The notes: generated by a model from the sequence alone, not told the origin. A DNA stretch of 64,000 nucleotides from the human T2T-CHM13v2.0 reference genome, Homo sapiens (GCF_009914755.1 NC_060933.1); one strand, 5' to 3'. Counted from the first letter of the stretch, positions 10,656-26,962 are shown. Program-made: numbers and translations.

Positions 10656-13592
10656 AACAACTATCCTTATCTCAAAAACTGAGTATTTAAAAAACCGACA
10701 TGTGCCCTGAACTTAAAAAAGAAAGAAAAGTTTGGGTAGTAATTACCCTAGACCACCAATATGCAAATATCTTCCCTTCCCCCAAAGCCAGGAATATTTG
10801 CTGTTTTGTTGGTTGAAATCTGACAAGAGATTTGCAATAATTTTTTTTTAAGAGCTCCATGGTCCAAAGCTGACTTAATGGAAAGCTGATCTTCAGACTA
10901 TAAATTTTTGTAGGCCTCTCTCTTCTGTCTATTTGATCCTGCATCTCCTGTGAGAACTTCTTAGTCAACTAAAACCCATTTTTTCAAATCCCTGCTATCT
11001 ATATGTTCAGTCCCTCTGTCAGCTTCTTTTCTTGTTGCCATGATTTTTGATGAGGTTAACAGGGCACTTCATTGACCTTTTTGAGAAACTTAAAATCTCC
11101 TCAAATTAGCTCCTCTAAGAACTGTTCCTTCCATTTACTTCTGTTCCTCCTTCTGCCTTTTGTCACCTTTGATTTTCTGTCCAGTTTCCTTAAATCCTTG
11201 ATATGTTCCCCTTCAAGTCCCTTTCTCCTCCATTTGGTGAAGAGTAGATACAAGATTACTAATAGGAAGCATCAGCGTTCTGGCAGCCACATGAAGGGAC
11301 CTGAAGGAGACATCCTGTGACACTAAAACCTCTTGAGGAATCCAGGAAAGGCACTATTGACCCCCTTTGGGAGGTCTCTGTCTTCTGCATGTAGCCCTGA
11401 GAGTCATGAATAAGTTTCTCTCAGGTCTGAAGCTCTGCTGTGTTTTGCATTGCCTAATCTCTTTGGCTTTGAGGATACCAAGGGTTAGTTTCTGCTGTGT
11501 GAAGGCACTTGACCTTTGGGTTTGCAGTGGCTGACAAGTCACTGACAAGAGATGCAGTTTTAAAAGTAACTGACAGCAGTTCATTAAGTAATTATTGCTG
11601 CAGGGGATACAGACTCCACTTTTTGGAGTTATAGGTGTCTGGGTTTTAACCCTTTGTCTCTTTTTCTTGTGTACTTAAGTGAGGAAGGCCTCGGGCATCT
11701 GATTCGGTCAGAGAGAAACTGGAAAATCATTGGTTAAGTTAGCTAAAGGGATCTTAGAGTCAAAGTCTTGACTGGAGGACACAGTTCAGGCACTTAAGAG
11801 CTAGTAGCATGCTCACCACTGAAAAATATGACTTCCATTTTAGAATAAGCTGGGCATAGAATGGGCTAGTTGACATTAGGTCACCCACCAGCTTCAATAA
11901 AATGTCCATGCAATGAGGTATATTCTAAAACAATTACACAACCTAAGCTTGTGGCATTTTACTCTTATGCTTTTATCTTAATTTTGAGAGACCCAAGATT
12001 AAACAAAAGCAAAACTGAAAATCCACGTATCTGATTAAATTGGTCTCCAAAATATAACTTTCTGATATTCAGCCCCTTATTTTGAATAAGCTTCTTAATT
12101 TTATCCTAGGACCCTCTGCGTACTTCCCTATACCATTCCAAGTGGTCTTTGGAAACATTCAGACAGCCACGGTGTGTCTTTTTCATCACCAGTCTAAAAT
12201 CTAGCCCACAGCCTCCACAAGATTGAGCTCTGATAATAGGCAAATATGCCTCAAACTCCTTCTTAGAAGAACTTGCAATCTCCCTGTGCCCATGAGATGT
12301 AAATCTATTACCCTGTCTTCTCTAGAACTATGCTTATCTTTTATCTTCACTAGAACTATAGATACCTTTTGGAAATACAAACTTCAGGGAGATGACTGTC
12401 TGAAAAAAAAAAAAACCACAAGTATTCTGTCAAAAAGGAAAAGTAGAAACTAACTCAAAGGCTTTTGGTTCATGTGATATGAGATAATCCTTGGTAAATA
12501 AAGATAATTTTAAATTTTTTGGTCATATAAAAGTAGGAATGTCTTCTGAATTGTCAGCATCAAATATAATACAAACATTTTTGCCTGGGATTGCTGGTTA
12601 GACAGGTTTAGGTTGTGTCTCCTAAATGTTTTAAGGTCATAAAATGATAAATCGAACCTAAGAGCAGAACCAATTACTTGGTATATATTAGTCATGAGAG
12701 CAAGAAAAAAATTACCCTTAACAATTTATTCTGTGATATTTTTGATACTTGCCTGATTTATTGGTGGACTGAAGCTATGGGAGTCAGTTGCTGTGCTCTC
12801 CTGAAATCTTACACACATCTTGCTGTGAGCTTATTTTAGTATGAAGCCCTGGATTTTGGGATCTGGGCAGATGGCCATGGTACAGCCTGAAGACATTTGT
12901 GTATCTATAGCACCTGGGCTGCTAGCCAAAGTGCAGGGTCAAGCCCAGGATAGTCCTGTCCTCCCTGGCCCAGTTGTGACTCCTGGTGATCCAGGCATTA
13001 TCTTCACAGCTGTCTGACCTCTATCCTTTGGCTTGTGCTCTATCCCTGCTATGTGGGTCAAAGATCCAGATGTGCTCTGCCATTTGCAGGCACACTGGGC
13101 ACCATCTGATTGCTCAAAACCCAGGATGACTAGAGGTGGGAATTGAGGACCATAACTATGTTCAGAGTCTCAGAGGCCTTGGTTAAGACAAGGCTAGCTA
13201 ACACAGATTTGGATTGGTTTCAATTTTTCAAAAGAAAAACATAGATTATGCTTAGCCTGTTTTCATGACCCATTCAAGCACAAATATTAAGAATAAGTAA
13301 ATTCAATAAGATATAAGTGGAATAAAAGTTTGTAAGTAAACTTTTCAATAATATTTATGTTTTATAAAAGATATCTACTTAAAAAGTTTCAAAAATATTT
13401 TTGGTATTCTGAAACTTTAAAGTGAAATTAAGTAATAGTTATTAAATGTCTGCCTTATTTATAAGTTAAAATACTGACACATTAATTACTAGTCATTGGT
13501 TTAAACTATATATATTTTGACATCTTGTTTTTATAAGGTATACAGAAGGTAAATATATTTAAGTCTGTAAACAAACATAACAATTCTTTCTA

Positions 13593-13793
13593 GGCTGGAT
13601 GCAATGGCTCATGCCTATAATCCCAGCACTTTGGGAGGCCGAGGTGGGCAGATCATGAGGTCAGGAGTTCAAGACCAGCCTGGCCAGCATGGTGAAGCCC
13701 TGTCTCTACTAGAAATACAAAAATTAGCTGGGCATGGTGGCACGTGCCTGTCATCCCAGCTACTGGGGAGACTGAGTTAGGAGAATTGCTTGA
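13593..13793 (+). mobile_element. 3'-truncated AluS (Sg-like)
   Basis: Alu 5' end through 'ggagaattgcttga', then an abrupt stop with no tail; 'gatcatgaggtcaggagttc'. Confidence 0.9.
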
Positions 13794-14805
13794 TATTTTA
13801 TACAAAGAGAGACACTAAAGCAATTAGGCTTATTTGATATATTAAAATATATGGAAGCATTGTTGAACAGTAAGTGATGCTAAACTTTCTTTAAGTTATA
13901 TTTACAGGTATGGTAGTAATACGAATGTTTCAAAATTGTATAAAATTCCTAGAAGTCTATACTTCTAATATAATTTTGGTTATTACATTAAAATATTTTA
14001 TGCCACAGAAACAACCAAATTTTATCAATTTCGCTCATCAGGTTTCTAATCACGGCCATTTTAAGTTTTTGACATCCAAATAGTTATTGTTTTACTTTGG
14101 TTTTTATTTAAAAGCACTGTCAATCAGCTGAGGTCCAAACTTGTTTCTTTAATTAGATTCATAGAAAGGATAGAAAGAACTCTGAAATGTACAGGTTTCT
14201 GATAACTTTAAGATTATACCATTGGACTGGGTGAGAATTTTCAGAGCTCTAATAAATGAACTGAGTGATTTTGTGAACGTGCTCATCGAGATCAAACAGA
14301 GTAAGAATTAATTCGTGGGTCTAAATGAACTGATAAGAACTTTTTATGATTACTTATTTGAAATTTTGCTGATTACTTAAATGTTAACTTTTCTGGATTT
14401 AAAGAAACTGTTTTGTTTTGTTTTTATTTTAAGCTATCTATTTGTTACAGCAATTTGGTCAAATATACATTGGTAAATAGAATGAAAATATTTATTCTTC
14501 TCCCCATCTGATATCTCCAAAATTTGGAAATTATTTGTGAGTATTCTCATTTTTATGGCAATGTAGTTATTCACATAAGTTCAATAAGAAAATATTCTCT
14601 TTGTAATAGGATACAAGGGGAAACACTTCTTAACTTACAAATGCTTGACTGGAATGACATATTTTAAAATGTGACCAGACAACTTTGAGAAACTAAGGTA
14701 AACTTCAGAAAGGCAAGAAAGCGCACCTTGGAGAAACTGGTCTCATACCTTGAGCACATGGTTCACGTGACTGCTTTACAGGTGGGTAAAAAATGTCCCT
14801 TTGTC

Positions 14806-15087
14806 TTCTTTGTCTCTTTTGATCTTTGTTGGTTTAAAGCCTGTTTTATCAGAGACTAGGCTTGCAACCCCTGCCTTTTTTTGTTTTCCGTTTGCTTGGT
14901 AGATCTTCCTCCAACCCTTTATTCTGAGCCTATGTGTGTCTCTCCATACGAGATGGGTTTCCTGAATACAGCACACTGATGGGTCTTGACTCTTTATCCA
15001 ATTTGCCAGTCTGTGTCTTTTAATTGGAGCATTTAGCCCATTTACACTGAAGGGTAATATTGTTATGTGTGAATTTGATACTGTCAT
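14806..15087 (-). pseudogene. L1 ORF2 endonuclease N-terminus (aa 1-94), truncated
   Basis: MTVSNSHITIL...SQDPSVCCIQETHL...KPTKIKRDKE. Confidence 0.92.
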
Positions 15088-15150
15088 TAAGATGTTAGGT
15101 GGTTATTTTGCTCGTTAGTTGATGCAACTTCTTCCTAGCCTTGATGGTCT

Positions 15151-16170
15151 TTACAATTTGGCATGTTTTTGCAGTGGCTGGTACCGGTTGTTCATTTCCA
15201 TGTTTAGTGCTTCCTTCAGGAGCTCTTGTAGGGCAGGCCTGGTGGTGACAAAATCTCTCAGCATTTGCTTGTCTGTAAAGGATTTTATTTCTCCTTCACT
15301 TATGAAGCTTAGTTTGGCTGGATATGAAATTCTGGGTTGAAAATTCTTTTCTTTAAGAATGTTGAATATTGGTACCCACTCTCTTCTGGCTTGTAGAGTT
15401 TCTGCCGAGAAATCAGCTGTTAGTCTGATGGGCTTCCCTTTGTGAGTAACCCGACCTTTCTCTCTGGCTGCCCTTAACATTTTTTCCTTCATGTCAACTT
15501 TGGTGAATCTGACAATTATGTGTCTTGGAGCTGCTCTTCTCAAGGAGTATCTTTGTGGCATTCTCTGTATTTCCTGAATCTGAATGTTGACCTGCCTTGC
15601 TAGATTGGGGAAGTTCTCCTGGATAATATCCTGCAGAGTGTTTTCCAACTTGGTTCCATTCTCCCTGTCACTTTCAGGTACACCAATCAGACGTAGATTT
15701 GGTCTTTTCACATAGTCCCATATTTCTTGGAGGCTTTGTTTCTTTTTATTCTTTTTTCTCTAAACTTCTCTTCTCGCTTCATTTCATTCATTTGATCTTC
15801 CATCACTGATACCCTTTCTTCCAGTTGATCGAATCAGCTACTGAAGCTTGTGCATTCGTCACGTAGTTCTTGTGCCATGGTTTTCAGCTCCATCAGGTCA
15901 TTTAAGGACTTCTCTACACTGGTTATTTTAGTTAGCCATTCATCTAATCTTTTTTCAATGTTTTTAACTTCTTTCCGATGGTTTCAAACTCCTCCCTTAG
16001 CTCTGAGAATTTTGATCATCTGCAGCCTTCTTCTCTCAACTTGTCAAAGTCATTCTCTGTCCAGCTATGTTCCATTGCTGGTGAGGAGCTGCGTTCCTTT
16101 GGAGGAGAAGAGTTGCTCTTATTTTTAGAACTTTCAGTTTTTCTCTTCTGTTTTTTCCCCATCTTTGTGG
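15151..16170 (-). pseudogene. L1 ORF1, disrupted
   Basis: ORF 15151-15711 (KRPNLRLIGVPE...NFQPRISYPAKLSF...YQPLQKHAKL) is the ORF1 C-terminal half; the N-terminal part is broken. Confidence 0.9.
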
Positions 16171-16258
16171 TTTTATCTGCTTTTGGTCTTTGATGATGGT
16201 GACGTACAGATGGGGTTTTGGTGTGGATATCCCTTCTGTTTGTTAGTTTTCCTTTTAA

Positions 16259-18765
<2,507 letters not shown>

Positions 18766-20030
18766 ACAATGAGAACACTTGGACACAGGAAGGGGAACAT
18801 CACACACCAGGGCCTGTTGTGGGGTGGGGGGATGGGGGAGGGATAGCATTAGGAGATATACTTAATGCTAAATGATGAGTTAATGGGTGCAGCACACCAA
18901 CATGGCACATGTATACATATGTAACAAACCTGCACGTTGTGCACATGTACCCTAAAACTAAATATATACAATGTAAAAATAAATATATACAATGTCCCTT
19001 TGTCACATGCCCAGGAACGTTTGAATGTTTTTGGGAACCTTGAGCAGAAATAAATTTTCTCACATATATAGATATTATAGGTGAAATGTGACATTGAATC
19101 TTTGGCTTGGTTCTGTAGCTTTCAGATATTTTTAAAAGTCCAGTCTGAGATTCCTTATAAAACGTTCAAGCAAAGCAAACTTAAAAAGATCCTATGTGGC
19201 TGATCACTAGTTTTACTGCACTTACATAAATAATCATGCCAATTTTAATGAGACTAAACTGATTTTGCAAACAAATATATTTTACTTTGATTATCTTTGG
19301 TAGGAATGGGGGTGACTTTCAACATAAATATGATATTTTAGAAGAAAGGTAGAGTGAATTCATTATTAGACTCTAGCTCATTGTTTTTGCAGGTTTGTTG
19401 TCCACCTGAATTCTGGGCTGGATCCTGAATGTTTTTAGTGTCCTCCGATATGTCTCGAAACTAATACTTTCAGGTTTTTCTCACAATCTCTTGTGTGGAA
19501 TTGTTGAAATTAAAACTGAACTTTTCCTGCAGCCCTGCAAGCTGAAGCTGGACCACTTGATATGGACTTCAGAAAAATCACCAGATCAGCTTATACATAC
19601 ACAAACTTTGTGCCTATTCCTGTATGGGCTGCTTAGAAAAGTTCACCTGATGCAAACTGCAAACTAGAAAAATCTGTCAGTTTGCTCCTTCCTGCCTCCA
19701 CTCCCACAGAAAATGCATCAAGCTCAAATCTAGAAATCTTCTCAACTGGCTATCCCCCAGACTCAGAAAATAATTTATAGTCTCTCCTAAACATTGACTT
19801 TTGCTTTTCTTTCATTTTCATAGAAATGCCTCTTATTAAGTATGTAATTGCTCACACCATATAGCAGCCTCACTTTGGAGTAAGCCCACCGGCAACATCA
19901 GTTTGGGAGCTGAGACTTCACAGTTTAACTGGACTGGCCTATTCTTGGAGCTGAGAAATTGGTTCCATTGCTCATGAGACAATCCAGCAACCCAATTTCT
20001 GGACTGTGAAACTTCAGGAAGTTTCCTGTT

Positions 20031-20046
20031 AAGGAAGGAAGAAGAA
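20031..20046 (+). promoter_or_regulatory. Polypurine tract
   Basis: aaggaaggaagaagaa immediately before the TG of the 3' LTR. Confidence 0.8.
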
Positions 20047-20752
20047 TGTTGTGGTTCAGAAAATAATACCCCAAAATATGGCACTTTGGCATGCTGAGTA
20101 ATTTGAGCCACAGTACATTGGAAGGTCTCAGAAGCAACTTCAGAACCAAGGTCTCTCTGACCTTCTCCTGCCCTTCTGTCTCTTGCCACTCATTTTCCCC
20201 CAGAGTGACTCATAGAAATCAGAATTCCTCTTTCCCAAGATAAGTCATAGAAACTAAAATTCCTTTTCCCCAAAGCAAACCGTAAAGTCTAAAAATGTCA
20301 CTCTAGCCTTCTTCCACCTTTCTTCTAGGAGCTGACCATAAAGAAATTCTTTGAGCTACTCTTGTCTGATAGCAGGTCATAAGACTCTCATTCCAGAAGG
20401 GGTCCTTCCCTATACCTGGGAAGAAGGAAGGCCATACAGAGAGGTCAAGAAGAACCTGCACAGACAAGCCTTTCTGGGTTTCCCAACTCAGTCTATTACT
20501 ATTAGATCATTCCATTTGTGTCCAATCACATTTCTACCTGGCTGTCCACTCTTCATGGAATATAAGCACAAAATTAGACAGTTTCTTCTTGTGTCTTTTA
20601 AGTCTTCATTCTGAAGGCTCCCACATCCCATAAAACGTTGATTATATACATTTGTTATGCTTTTTTCCTGTTAACCATCTTTCATTATAGGAGTGTTGGC
20701 CTTGACCCTTATGAGGGATGAGAAAAGGTATCACACACTTTCTGCCTCTACA
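20047..20752 (+). mobile_element. 3' LTR of the ERV1 provirus (MER39-like)
   Basis: 'tgttgtggttcagaaaataataccccaaaatatggcactttggcatgctga' to 'ctgcctctaca'; homologous to the 5' LTR. Confidence 0.88.
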
Positions 20753-20930
20753 AATCAAAACGAATTTAAAATTTCTTTTCTTCTATATAGCCACTCATCT
20801 TTCTTCTCAGAATTTTCAACTCTACATAGCCAAAGCCTCTCCAATACAAGGCCCGACTCACATGCTTTCTTCTAGGATGTTTTCTGATCTCCAGCAGGGA
20901 GTCACCTCTTCTGACCCTTGAATCCCACAC

Positions 20931-21070
20931 AATAGTAGTTCTCCATCTTTGGTTAAAAATATAGATGTAAGAGATATATTCCAATTCCATTGAATCAGAT
21001 TCAATGAGGGCAGCTAAATTTTTACAAGTTCTCAAAGTGATTCTGATGCACATTGAAGTTTGAGCATGAT
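20931..21070. mobile_element. MER5-like hAT-Charlie MITE remnant
   Basis: 'ttttacaagttctcaaagtgattctgatgcacattgaagtttgag'. Confidence 0.55.
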
Positions 21071-21290
21071 CACCATACATTTCATTTGCATTTCTGCTAT
21101 CTCACTTATTACTCTCAGCTTTGCTTTACAGTTATTCAAATTATCTATCTTTAATTTCCTATGAAAGGTAGCTCTTGAGGGTGGAATCTGTGTTCATGAT
21201 TCTCTTTATATCTCTTGCAGTACACTGTAGGTATTGAGTAACGTGTTAAGTCATTGAGTAAACGGAGGAATCAATGAGCTCCTAAGTTAT

Positions 21291-21596
21291 CTATTATTAT
21301 TTTTTTTTAATTTGAGACAGGGTCTCACTCTGTCACCCAGGTTGGCATGCAGTGGTGTGATCTCAGTTCACTGCAACCTTTAACTCCCAGGTTCAAGTGA
21401 TTCTCCTGCCTAAGCCTCCCGAGCAGCTGGGATTACAGGCGCCCACCACAATACTTGGCTAATTTTTGTATTTTTTAGTAGAGATGGGGTTTCACCATGT
21501 GGGCCAGGCTAATCTTGAACTCCTGACCTCAAGTGATCCACCTGCCTCAGACTCCCAAAGTGATGGGATTACAGGCATGAGCCACCGTGCCTGGCC
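21291..21596 (-). mobile_element. AluS (Sx/Sz-like)
   Basis: Full reverse Alu; imperfect TSD cctaagttat/cctaagtgat. Confidence 0.93.
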
Positions 21597-21990
21597 TCCC
21601 TAAGTGATTTTTAACATCAAAGTTGCATTTTATAACATTTGTAATTATCTTGGTAACAATGATTTTTGTAACTTCTTAGAATTTTTCTAATGTTAGGGCA
21701 ACATTTAGTAAGCAATGGTGGAGACAGATATGAATTAGCACCCATCTGATGTCTTAGAGTTTTAGAGTAATGATTGTTTATATGTCATCTCTGATTATAC
21801 CTGTGTATACCTGGTGTTCTGTGTTGAAAAGGAATCTGAGGCTGTATAAAATAGTTCTATGCACTATATTATACATACAGTCTAGCTAAGGGAATGAGAA
21901 GTCTTAGCATGTACACTGAGACTGTACCATCCTTTATCATCTTTAAAAGGCAAGTATGCATTTGGGTGTTGCAAAAAGGCACAATTCTAT

Positions 21991-22715
21991 CAAAGATCAC
22001 AAACTCAAATGCTTGCAGGGACCATGGAGACAAACATAAGCAAGTAAAGTAGCTCAGAAAGAGAGTGGGTTAACTGGAGAGATTTCTACTCTAAAGAATC
22101 ATGGAGCACTCAGTACTAGCTGGTAAAGTGTATGGCAAAGCTGCAGGTTCAGTGTTATCAGATCTTGCTTTTCAACGGGAGTCATAAAGCAAGTGATATA
22201 GTTTGGATATTTGTCCCCTCCAAATCTCATGTTGAAATGTGATCCCCAGTGTTGGAAGTGGGGCCCAGTGGGAGGTGTTTGGGTTGTGGGGGCAGATCCT
22301 TCATGAATGGCTTGGTGCCCTCCTATGGTTAAGAGTGAGTTCTAGCTTTATTAGTTACTATAAGATCTGATTGTTAAAAAAGAGTCCAGCATCTTCTCCT
22401 TTCTCTCTTGCTCCCTCTCTCTTGTTTCCTTTCTCCTCGTGACATGCCTGCTCCTCCTTCGACTTCCATCATAAGTAAAGGCTACCTGAGGGCTCACCAG
22501 AATCAGACGCTGGTGCCCTGCTGGTACAGTCTGAAGAACCATGAGACAAATAAACCTATTTTCTTTATAAATTACCCAGCCTCAGGTATTCCTTTAGTGC
22601 AATGCAAACAGATGAACACAGCAAGATTGTTCTTCGTAAACCTCTTGATTTCTAAATGTTGACAACCAACTACATTTTCAAAAAAATTTGTCTTGACCAA
22701 ATCAGAATGTCTGCT
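21991..22715 (+). mobile_element. MER103C-like DNA transposon interrupted by an MST LTR
   Basis: 'caaactcaaatgcttgcagggacca' ... 'cagtgttatcagatctt', resuming at 'gatttctaaatgttgacaac' after 22625. Confidence 0.6.
22194..22620 (+). mobile_element. MST (MSTB-like) solo LTR
   Basis: 'tgatatagtttggatatttgtcccctccaaatctcatgttgaaatgtgatcccc'; TSD GCAAG at 22189-22193 and 22621-22625. Confidence 0.9.
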
Positions 22716-24599
22716 TATTATACCTCATAAACTTATTTGGATTCTCTCTCCATTTTTGTCTATGTCTCTGTGTCACTGATTGCCTGGCTTTGTCTCTGTT
22801 TCTCCCTCCCTCTTCCTCCTTCTTTCTCTTGGGTTGTCCAACTTTATTTGAACAGTTAGAACCAACTGCTAAAGTTTCAACTATGCATTATTTGTAGAAG
22901 TGAGCTTCCACGGTGGACTCTTGTCACTGTCTTTGTCAAGGAAAAGTCAGCTGCAAACAGCACTTTGTTGGCTATTTTGTTTGAAGCTGATGCCTTACAT
23001 GTAACTTCTTATACTGAAAGACTGAACTGGGAGATGAAAAGAAAGGATTAAATATTCTTTCAGACTTCAGTGGTTTCAGGTAATGAATTATAGTTCTTTA
23101 GAATTCAAAACATATTTTGTCTTAATGAATGGATAAACAAACAGGAGGAAATTGGGAGAAAAGTGTTATTTAAAAAAATCCCTGTAAATGCTTTAGATAC
23201 ACATTAAATTAAATACTGTTTGAATAACTACAGTTAAGTAAGGGGAAATCATTTTTAATATGACTGACATTTTGCCTTGCAACTTGCCTTCTCCCAGAAG
23301 AACTCCCGAGCACACCATGAACAGTCGCATACATACATTCTTTAATATATGGCCACAATGTTGAGTTGACATCCTTACACTTATAGAAGCTCCAGAGCAC
23401 TGGCCCTGAGCATGAGCATGTGTAGCTTCATATTTTCCTGTTCCCTGAATGGATGTTTTCACCTATGATGTACCAGTACTGATAGAACTTTCTGACCCCA
23501 GGGCAAAAACATCTCATCTGTGAAGAAGTATAGGCATTGCTTGAATGTTTTGTGTATAAATACTAATATCTGCCCTATCTTATTTAGCTGAGTAAATCTC
23601 TCAGAGGGTATAAGTCAGGCAGCTTGACACAAGCTGTTATAGTTAGGTGAGACAAGGAATGCAAACCCTCTGCCATTAATCATGTTTCTTAGCTCTTTAG
23701 ATTTTAACAAATAACCCCAATGACAAAAGGTTAACATATTATCAGGTGTCTCTTCAAACAGCAGGTAAAGGTGATTTTCATGTTTTTGAGTTTACTTAAA
23801 GCCATTCTCATATGCACTAAACTGATAAAATGTTTTGCATTTCAGTGTCAGAAAATTTGGTCTGCCTTTTAGATTGGCTCAGGGGCCTTTGGCCTTTTTG
23901 GGACTCTGCAATTGGGGAAATGGCAACCTATGAAACAGCAAAAACCAAACCAAAACCAAAACCAAAAAAGAAATATCAACAACAACAAATATATTATTGG
24001 TGAAAAAAATGAGTCCCAACAAATTTGTTTTCCTGTGCATTCCTATGATAGCAGCTTGTGAAAAGTCTTTTTATTTATTTATTTGAATTCTTTATCTTTA
24101 TCCTTGGATCACACATAGATGCAAATTCAGCAAGGGAGAAGAGAAAAATGTTCAGCTTTCCTGATCAGAAAGCATGAACCAGCTTAAGAAATGTATTACA
24201 TTTGAAATTGACCCTCTTTTCCATTCCTTCACCATGTTCGCACACCTCTGATATCCTATTTCATTCTTTATACCACTTTTAATAGGAAAATAAATGAAAG
24301 TCCAGAATCAGAGAACCAAGGACAGATTTAAGGTTGGGGGCTATCAGAGATACAAAAAAATCTAGTGCGGGCATTGCCAGCAATAGATCCCAGGGTTGAG
24401 GTTCCATTTTGGATCCAAGCCAGGTTGCCTTGCTGAGCATCATTGTGAGATTGACTGGCATCTGAATGTGGCAGCATGTAAAAGAATGTCCAACATTTCT
24501 CCATTATGAACAGGATAAAGTTCAAATTCTTTACACAATACTTCATCCCTGCCTACTTTTCTAGCAATATATCTTCTATATCCCTATACATATTCATAC

Positions 24600-24975
24600 A
24601 TACTTGCTAGTAAGTTTTAAAGCTCTATGCCTTTGTACATGTTTTTTCCTTTATTTGGTAATTCCTTCTCTTCCTTCTTTATTTTGAAAACTACTATTCA
24701 TTAATTTTTAAAAGCCGGCTCAAGGGTGTTTCTCTGTCAATTGACCTACAGTTGAATGTACTTTCCTTCGGGCAAATATTGCATTTGGTATATTTTTTCA
24801 TTACAGACTTTGTCATACTATATTGCTATTATTATTTTTTGTATTTTACACCACACAAGGCTGAGAGTTCTTTAGGATAAGAAGTGTCTTCTCTTCATTT
24901 GTGTCCTGGATAAATAGCATAATGGGGTACTTTGTACATTTGAAAGAAGCCAAAAGTAATTGTTGAATAAAGTGT
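24600..24975 (+). mobile_element. L2 3' fragment
   Basis: Degenerate L2 3' motifs ending in 'ttgttgaataaa'. Confidence 0.5.
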
Positions 24976-25319
24976 TTAAATAAAAGAATGATTTGAGATA
25001 TAACTGCTCTAGAATTATTGTTTATAATATTTTTGAAATATCAGATTTAGTCGCTGCAGCAGTCTTAACTACGCATTGGGCCACCTTGATGCTATCCCTT
25101 GTTTTCCTTTCCCAAGTGAAATACAAAATACTACCCAGAGTGCCTTCACCAAAAACTAGCAGTCTGACTTCCCTATTGTCTTTACAACCTATATACAATG
25201 CTTGCTATCCTCTCTTTTAGCTGAATTTTATATCTCGGCAGCTACATTTGCCACGGGATTTCTTTTTTTTTGCCCAGGATATTTAACATGGTGCCACAAT
25301 ACTCCCTGGGGTACTCTGT

Positions 25320-26108
25320 TGTAGGGGACCAAAATGTGCCACCCCAAAATATGCCTCTTTGGCATAAAGCTTATTTTGAGCTGATTATTTTGGGAAACAG
25401 CTGACAAAGAAGAAGCTCCAAAAACAGCATACTTCCCTTTTGTACAGGAAATGTACATTTATAAGGAAATCTCTGTTGGTCATGGCATGTCCCTTTTTGT
25501 ATCAGGAAGAGAAGAACGAGTTAATTAAGAGATTTTATTATCAATGGGTAAGGCATGAACTTAAATTTGCATAACACACCTTACCCTCGTTTATTGTACT
25601 TTTCCTGGCCACCTTCCTATAACTTGTCTCCCCCATACTTTCTTCCTTTATTTTAGCTGAAGATGGTATTTAAACCCAAATTTTTAAATTTTGTTTTGTT
25701 TTGAGACAGCTTCTTGCTCTCAGATCCCAGGCTGGACCTCAGTGACATGAAGATAACTCATTGCAGCCTTGACTCCTGGGCTCAGGCAATCTTCTTGCCT
25801 CAGCCTCCCAAGTAGCTAGGACTGCAGGTGCATACCACATGTCTGGCAATTTATTTTTATTTTTGTAGAGTTGTGGTCTTTCTATGTTACCCAGGCTGGT
25901 CTTGAACTCCTGGCTTCAAGCGATGCAGTCACCTCCACCTTCCAAAATAAATCCAAGTTTTAAACACCTCTTCTGGGTTATTCATTGCTGGGTACTCATG
26001 CTAATACGCTTCTGTTTCTTTTCTGTCTTGTTAATCTGTCTTTTGTTACAGATAACCAGCCAATCACACGCAAGAGTAGAAGGAATGAAAGATTTTACCT
26101 CTCCTACA
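25320..26108 (+). mobile_element. MER34-family ERV1 solo LTR, interrupted by AluJ
   Basis: 'tgtaggggaccaaaatgtgccaccccaaaatatgcctctttggcataa...ttttgagctgattattttg' to 'cctaca'; flanks ctgt/cttt. Confidence 0.85.
25685..25947 (-). mobile_element. AluJ, 5'-truncated
   Basis: Reverse Alu with J-type 'ctcctgggctcaggcaatc'; TSD taaacccaaatttt/taaatccaagtttt. Confidence 0.88.
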
Positions 26109-26962
26109 CTTTCTTTTTAAAAGAAATTAACATAAACAAATTTAAACTCACTTAAGAGAAAAGTATAAGGACATTAAACAAAAATAAGACTATTGGCAGA
26201 ATTTGCTCATCAAGGAAAACTAGATTTTTGTTTAATGGAAAAGTAGAATAATTGTGAAATTTTAAAAAGGAACTATTTTGAGATTTCCAAACTAAGATAT
26301 AAATTCAAGAGTGTCCAGCAGCAACATCCCAGAATTCAGTCTTCTTATCTCTATTTTTGAAGTACCTACTGACATAATAATATTCAGGTATGCAACATCC
26401 CAGTGTAAATGTTTTTAGAAAGCCAGGATCATGATATCTATTTTTTTGGCTAAAAATCTAAAGTATCTATGACTTCCATGAACATTCAATATAAATTATT
26501 AATTGATGAGGCCTGACATTTTTTATTAATTTACAATTTTTAAACTACTAAGTTGCTGGCGTCGAGTCTAGAAATTATTGGAAAATAATGTTATTCTGTT
26601 AATCAACAAATAATATTTACTTTTATTCAAGTAAGCTACTAACAAAAGTTGGCATATTCATTATGTTGTTGAATCATATTTTTGAGCTTGACTGCACTTG
26701 TTTTTGAAAAAAAAATATGCATACACATATCTCCCTGTTTAATACTTTCCTTATCTAAACACCTCAAATTGCTTCAGTTTGAGTGATTTTGATGTTTTAA
26801 ATTTCACTTGGGTTTAGAGTCTGCTGGAGTCTCAACAGATGCCAAAGCATAAAAAATGGTTTGAGTGATTTTGAATGAGGAACTGTAATTTTCGTAGTCC
26901 TCTTTCCTTTGGGTGAAATATTCCTACATTTGTTGAGCTTCACTGATTGCTTGAAGTCATAC

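Noticed and set aside
23193-24546. Short minus-strand ORFs in unique DNA as exons or pseudogenes
   Set aside because: No recognisable homology and no convincing flanking splice sites.
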